Assembly: GCA_030141605.1 (NCBI GenBank)
Contig: JAQGDQ010000061.1
Location: 545,685 to 609,684, forward strand
Length of the DNA stretch: 64,000 nt
From: Tubiluchus corallicola
Lineage: Eukaryota; Animalia; Priapulida
Direction: 5' to 3'
Each line of letters opens with the position of its first letter. The first letter of the stretch is position 1. Positions 57,862 through 64,000 of the stretch are shown piece by piece. Position numbers and translations under genes: made by a program. Under the pieces are notes generated by a model, which saw only the letters and a program-made list of their open reading frames with translations, was not told the DNA's origin and did no database searches.

Positions 57862-57935
57862 CAATACAGCCTGGATTTGAACCGGAGAACTCCTACTTAC
57901 AATTCAAACGCCTTAGAGGCTTAGACTACTAGACC
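57862..57935 (-). pseudogene. Decayed tRNA-like sequence (anticodon position TGT, Thr-like) or SINE head
   Basis: Cloverleaf spacing retained: D-stem GTCT/AGGC, loop ATTGTAA, B-box GGTTCAAATCC, downstream T7 run; acceptor and anticodon stems mismatched. Confidence 0.55.
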
Positions 57936-58906
57936 AGTGATCAAGGAAGTCCAAATTTCACCCTTTATAATTGTGGATTTGAACCATTAACGGTTGGCTA
58001 ATGAAACGTCACTGACTTATGGCTAGCTGTAAAAAATCACTACCTGTAAAGATGAGGCTGATGAGCATGGTCACCTGTATTCTTGGTATTGTTGCAACCA
58101 ATTTATAGTTTCTGTTAAGCAATTATAGCAGTTCATTCAAGTTGCTCCTGCTTCAGTATCTTTAAGGTGAAGTCGAGTTCGAATGTTACACAACGGGCAG
58201 TTCTTGTTTATTTGTCCAGCTCTAGTTGCTGTCTCGTGTCCTTCTAGGCTAGGCGGCCCTTATCGATTGGTTTCCCCGCTCTAAGAGTTCGTACACAGTT
58301 CGCTGCAGCTTCGATTTTTCTCAACCGCACACGCATATAAATGTTAAGCACGCTATAATAGCTAGAGAGATTTGTTTAGCTGTCAGTGTTAAATTAGTCT
58401 GTTCGAGAATGCTTCACTGCTCTGTCTTTCTTTGTGTTCAGGTGTGTGTCATTGGCTTCCTTTGTTAAAGTACGACTTGCGGGCTATTAGGTTATAAAAC
58501 AGACGCGGCTTTGTCGGAGCAATAGTAGACGTCACTTACAGTGAACCTCGAGTGAGGCTAACGTACTAACATTCTGAGTCGGGGTGTTCAATATTTCGAT
58601 AAACATATAACTAAACTTAAAGCTTTTCTTGAATTACTACGAGAAAGCGGCTTTAGTGATTTGGTCAGTAGGATCATGAGGTTTAATGGTAAGTCGGATG
58701 CCTAATCCTAGATGCTTTTGTAAGCTTACTTTAAATTTTAGGCTGGTATGATTTCAGTGGTTATAGAATCAAAGAGAACTTACTCCTTTTCTATTAATCT
58801 AATTGCAGCAGTGTTTCAAGTGGCATCGGTAGTGCAAATGTTTCTATACAGTATCGTTATTAGCTTGAAAATAGAGAGTGATGTTCTAAGAATCGCCATG
58901 GTCATA

Positions 58907-59042
58907 AACGATGAAAGAAGTCAAAATGTCCTTCATGTCTCATTTTTTATTTTTTTCTTCTGAAGAAGGAATCTTTCGATCCCGAAGGAAAAAATAAAGA
59001 ATTTTTTGAGATGTAATGGACATTTTGACTTGTAGTATCGTT
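58907..59042. repeat. Imperfect ~135-bp palindrome (MITE-like)
   Basis: aagtcaaaatgtcc / ggacattttgactt plus inner T-rich and A-rich arms. Confidence 0.65.
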
Positions 59043-62000
59043 ATTGTGTACATAAGTTTTTTTATTATAATATATACCCAATTAATTTAGTCCACTAGTG
59101 ACTACTTCTCTGTGCAGATGCCATCCATGTATCTACATTATGCCAATATAGGATGATTGCATATGCTGATATAATCTATGTTTTGTCGGTAGTAACTTCT
59201 GCTATCGTATATTATGTACGTTTGTAAATAAATGCTATCTGTTAGTATTTACCGTGTACGGAACTGTGGGCCTAATATTTAGTCGTTATGTTGACTATTA
59301 CGCATAATCATTCTGTCATTGTACTCGGACAAATAGATTCGCAGTGCACCCAGTGAAGAAAATTCGCTAGAAAGCTTTTTGCATACCGGGTAAACGCATT
59401 TTTTGCTAATTTTCAAGCAAAAAACTGCTTCCTTGTTTTAGAAAATTGCAAATACGATGTCTGGGGGCTTTTAAGCTACTTCGTATTATTAACTAATATG
59501 CACCTTTTTTACGACGCAATAGGCCTGTTATAAAGAGTAAACAATTGATCATAGTACTGTTGGTGCTCAGCGGACCCTGAGGAACCGGTCCAAAGCCTGC
59601 TCATGCATTTTCATACTACGCGGAGAAACTGCCCAACTGGAGAAAGTTTTTTGAACACCATGTCAAATTGCAACGACTGAAGCCATATTTGAAGTGTTGT
59701 GGTTGACTTATTTAAGTTTTGCAGCACTAATTTTGCATTAATTATGTGAAATGCATCTATTGGAATAAGTCTTGCTGCCAGAGCGTACTGTGCATACAAT
59801 TCCTATTATAAGTAAGTAATTTATTAACCAACAACCGTTATTATTCTTAAACAGGGTAAATGCACCGAAAACGACAAATCAACTGAATCGAAAATTTCCT
59901 CCAATAACATGAATACATTGAGCAGCGCTCTGACTGGCGCTATCAGCCTTAGGTACCACTGGCCACCCTCTTTCTAAAGGGTTTAAAGACCAAAGACCTC
60001 TGCCATTTAGAACAGTTTTACAGGATCGCTGGGCACAGACGTCACAATGATGTCATAACAAGATACATGTAGCAAGATGGTAATAGCCGTGGATATATGG
60101 TACCCAGGAGTGAAACTGTGATGCATAATTAAAACAGATTTTACAGCTTGCGTTAATGATGATAGCGTGCCTAGCACTAACTCGTAACTGATGAAGATGC
60201 TGTTGACGTTTTAATCGCATTAATGAGATAGCAGTGTAGGTTTCTGTCAGATTTTTGATTAGCTTTGCTTCATGTTGCCAGTCAATTCTTTCGTTAGCAG
60301 ATTTTTCATAAATCATTCATCGATTTTAAATCCATTTTAGGGTAGATAGAACGAATGAGGCATATGCCTACATTCGTCTGCCTGCATCGCAGATGATCCA
60401 GATTTCATACAAGTTGCACAACTGACAAAGTGACTTACGTACCAAGTCATTTTAGCGCAGTCAAAATTGTCATGGCAAACTGCATTTAATATCGAAATAT
60501 TTTACTGTGCAGCTGACAAAATTAATAACGCTGAATTAATTAAAAATAAAATGGTTAATTAATCATTTCCATGCATGTAAGAGTGTATGCTATAATTTTA
60601 CGTCTACACGCACAACAGTGATAAAACATAATAAATAAAACAGCAAAGTAATCCTGTCGACTACAGTTCAAAACGTTTTCATTTTTCCGTATTTCAAAGC
60701 TCTTTCCTTGAGCATTTTTCCTTTTTTGAAAGCAGATTTAAGCAGCTAACAACGACTTGAATTATTAAAATCCCCGCAAAGCCTATAATATGTTCGCAGT
60801 GTTGATCTTACAAATACTTACTAATGGGACTTTAACAGAGAAAACGACCTCAACACCGCTAAAGGCTAAATTAAACTTACTGAGTTGGTAACTCGCGTTT
60901 TCTTTGTGTTTGCAATACTATGTTTAGAAAAGTTTTTGGGAAAAGGTAGCAACAGGTAAATTTTCAGAATGTTATGCTACGTACGAAAAATTAAAATCTT
61001 TTTTTATAATATCGATCCATGAAAAACACTTTACTACCGTTTTTTATTAAAGAGAAATCGAGATTATATGTACTATGAGTCAAACGTTTCGATATATTCA
61101 ACTTATTAAGTGGTCCACTTAATCTACCCACCCCCATTTTGTAACAATGCGTTGGTGGTTAATCTGGTGGCAAGTGCTCCAGTAACCGGTCTGTATTCAG
61201 CTGGTAGTAATATCTAAAAGTTGTTAGTTGTGTTGTCGGATACAGACTACGCTCTCCGATGTAATGAAGTGTACTGAAAGTTTAACCATTGTGATATAGA
61301 CACCAACTTTTATCTTTGTCTTGTTAAGTGTATCAGCCAACGAAAGATTGTTTGGAAACCAATAGGGCTCTTTTCCGTTTGCTTGGACTGCGATTTTTGG
61401 CTCAGGCTTGGGTAAGTTAAGTAAGTTTAACGAATTATTATGAATTTATAATCAAATTTAGCGTAATTGGTAATAACAAATTGTTAGACCAAGTAGGCCT
61501 TCAATTTAATAATTTGAAAATGAAATTATCAGCTATCAAGTACAGTTTGTCACTTACATAAAAACTATACACATGTACATAGTTTAGTTGTCCTTGAATA
61601 ACAATGATAGCTGCCTAACATTTGCAAAGATATCATAAATAAATTGTAAACGTCATACGTTTTAAGGTTTGTAAAAATCCACGAAAAAAATTCATTTTTG
61701 AACAAATTGGAATTAATTAAAAAAGATGCGGTTGCTATGTCTGGTATGGGTCACTGCCTACATGCTTAAACTTGCTGATTATAATGATGAAAGCTGCATT
61801 TTGTTTTGGTCTTTATTTGTGCTGGAACGAGAGAAAGAAAACCGCAGGCAAGTTGCGTGACAGACCGCAAGCGTGTTTATGTTCCAAGATTCTTGACCCT
61901 ACATTTGTTATTATGAAGCTTGTAGCTAAATTAAGAGTTGGGTTGTTATGCAGATAAATTCAGGTTGACCCAGTAGACTTACATTGTGTAATTTTCGTCG

Positions 62001-64000
62001 TAAATTTTAAGATTTCGCGTTATCTAATATCTTATGTTACAGTGAAATCGTGCGGGTGAATGTGTGAGGTCTAAGAAGTCTAGTCTGCTGACTTTTGAAA
62101 GACCTTGGAAGGCAAATTGTGGCCGACATTCACGTTTTTATTTTTTATTTTATCGCAAATATTATCTTTTAGTCATTTACCCCATAAAACGGCATTTCTC
62201 CGTTAAATCATAACACTTGAATGTTAGAAACCGGATGTCTAAGAATCTTTTCAAATTCTTGAAGGTGATAGATTTGCCTGCATAATTAAATATTCCCTCT
62301 GAGATGCCTATAGGAAATCCATATTTCGTTTCGCTTTCCCTTTTGTGTATGTCAGAAGCTCTGCATGTGGAAAGTCTATTGATCAAAAAAACGTCCCTCA
62401 GCTGTTCGGCTTTTTCATGAACAACTGTTTCATAATTTTCTACAGGTGCTAGACAGCGTATACTCTATTTTTCCTGTTAATACTCTAGATAATTAGTTCC
62501 GTATGATGGATTATATCGCCAGGCGTGGTTATAATGTAGCCGTAAACCCAGTTGGCGTGTACAACGCTTTTTATAGTAATTATAGTGCCATCAAAATGAA
62601 TGCATTAATTCGCCCAATTTGATGAATTTGAATGAATTTCGCGGTCCTGAGCAAGTAATGTGTGTATGCCATATGTCTGCCTTTATTTTGGCCTTACAGT
62701 ATATTGCTTGTTGTACTCAGCGATATGCAGTCACATGTTAAATATTGCATAATGCATTGCGGCATGGCACAGGCGTAGTCACCCGCATTATTTTTATCAG
62801 TTTAGGCTTTGTGCTTTTTAATTGCCTTAACCGGTATTTGGGACTTGTTCCATGATGTAGCGAGATTCACTCACCATATTAAGTGCATCTCCGTGCGCTT
62901 GATAACACGAGGACTAAATAGCTTCCATTATGCCCAATCGCACTACACACGATTGAGACTGGTCCAAGATTACTATGTTCAAGAATGGTCCAAAATGTTC
63001 TGTATTGACACTACAAAAACGTATGAACAGCGCTTGTATTCTACAATTGTTTTACAAGAGCATTTTTCTGTGGCAGTCACACAAAGAGTCGACGCTTTCC
63101 TTGCTTGCATGAGTTCGACACGACAAGAACGATCTTCGTTTGAACTAGAACCATAATATTAACTGGCCTAGCCAGTGGAATGGATAACGCATTTATGAAG
63201 CTTTTTGTAAATAGATGAATCTAGTTTTCCTAGAATCTCTTTGTTAGTGAACGAGTTTACAAAAGGACCGAAAAGGTGGTCGCTGTAAATACATTTTATC
63301 TAATTTCTGCACAACGTTGTTAGAACAACAACAATGACTTTTCTTTTGTAATTTGCATAAAAGTCAGAAGCCTTGTCAGTGATTGAGTGACGCAGTAATA
63401 TTCGACCTGTAAAGGTCATTAACGCATCGTCTAGAGTAGTTTTCTAGTACCAAGCGCTTCTGTCCCTGAAGCAAGACCACTTTGTCATCCTCTGCCCAGG
63501 TAGAGTAGTCAGAAAAGCCCAAGGCTACGCAACTTGTACCACTTCTAATTTAAGCACCCAAAGCGGCTGTCATTAGATTCAAATGTTGCTAATGCTCGGT
63601 GTCTTGTCGCATGGTATTATGTCAAGTGTCGATCGCAATTTCTCAAGTAATTCTCAGTTCTCACAGCCGTTTGCATGAGAAATTAGTCCATGTTTGAACG
63701 CGGACATTAGCCTGTAATTTTGAGTGTCATCTTTTCAAATACAGAATTGTATATTGTAACTCGCTGTTTCGATGCTGGTATGTTACAAGGACCTGTAATA
63801 CTGCTATAACATACAATTTTTGGCTGATATAACCTTTGCGTATTTTGTGGGGTTATTTTTTTAATTGGGTGGATAATCTGGTGTCTATTTATGAGTGTAT
63901 AACAATTCTGTTTGAAACTTGACTTGCCCGCCGTCATGTTATTGATGGATGAGATTTTAATTAGGCAAATAGCACGGAAGGCAACTTATAATTTTGGAAA

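Noticed and set aside
58000-58900. Possible decayed coding or retroelement sequence (CPLC motif)
   Set aside because: Multiple stops and no recognisable family motif

Overview
AT-rich eukaryotic (probably invertebrate metazoan) genomic DNA, not prokaryotic. One minus-strand multi-exon gene dominates: a PRPF40/Prp40 (PRPF40A/FBP11-like) U1 snRNP-associated splicing factor. I traced 21 coding exons by hand from 51585 to the stop at 8210. Splice phases are consistent and give about 833 aa plus an unlocated start exon: Pro/Gln-rich N-terminus, two WW domains, FF repeats, K/R/S-rich tail and the conserved 'LEKQRRALLAQL' end. Notable features of the gene are a probable GC-AG intron, a candidate 24-nt poison exon, a 21.7-kb last intron with a candidate micro-exon, and U1-5'-end-like motifs in the 3' UTR. 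The rest is intronic or intergenic, with MITEs (Kolobok-, hAT- and Tc1/mariner-like), an RTE-type LINE remnant, tRNA-derived relics, hairpins, a 33-bp minisatellite with higher-order structure, and microsatellites. I saw no convincing novel multi-gene system. The most interesting signals concern possible splicing autoregulation and are unverified.
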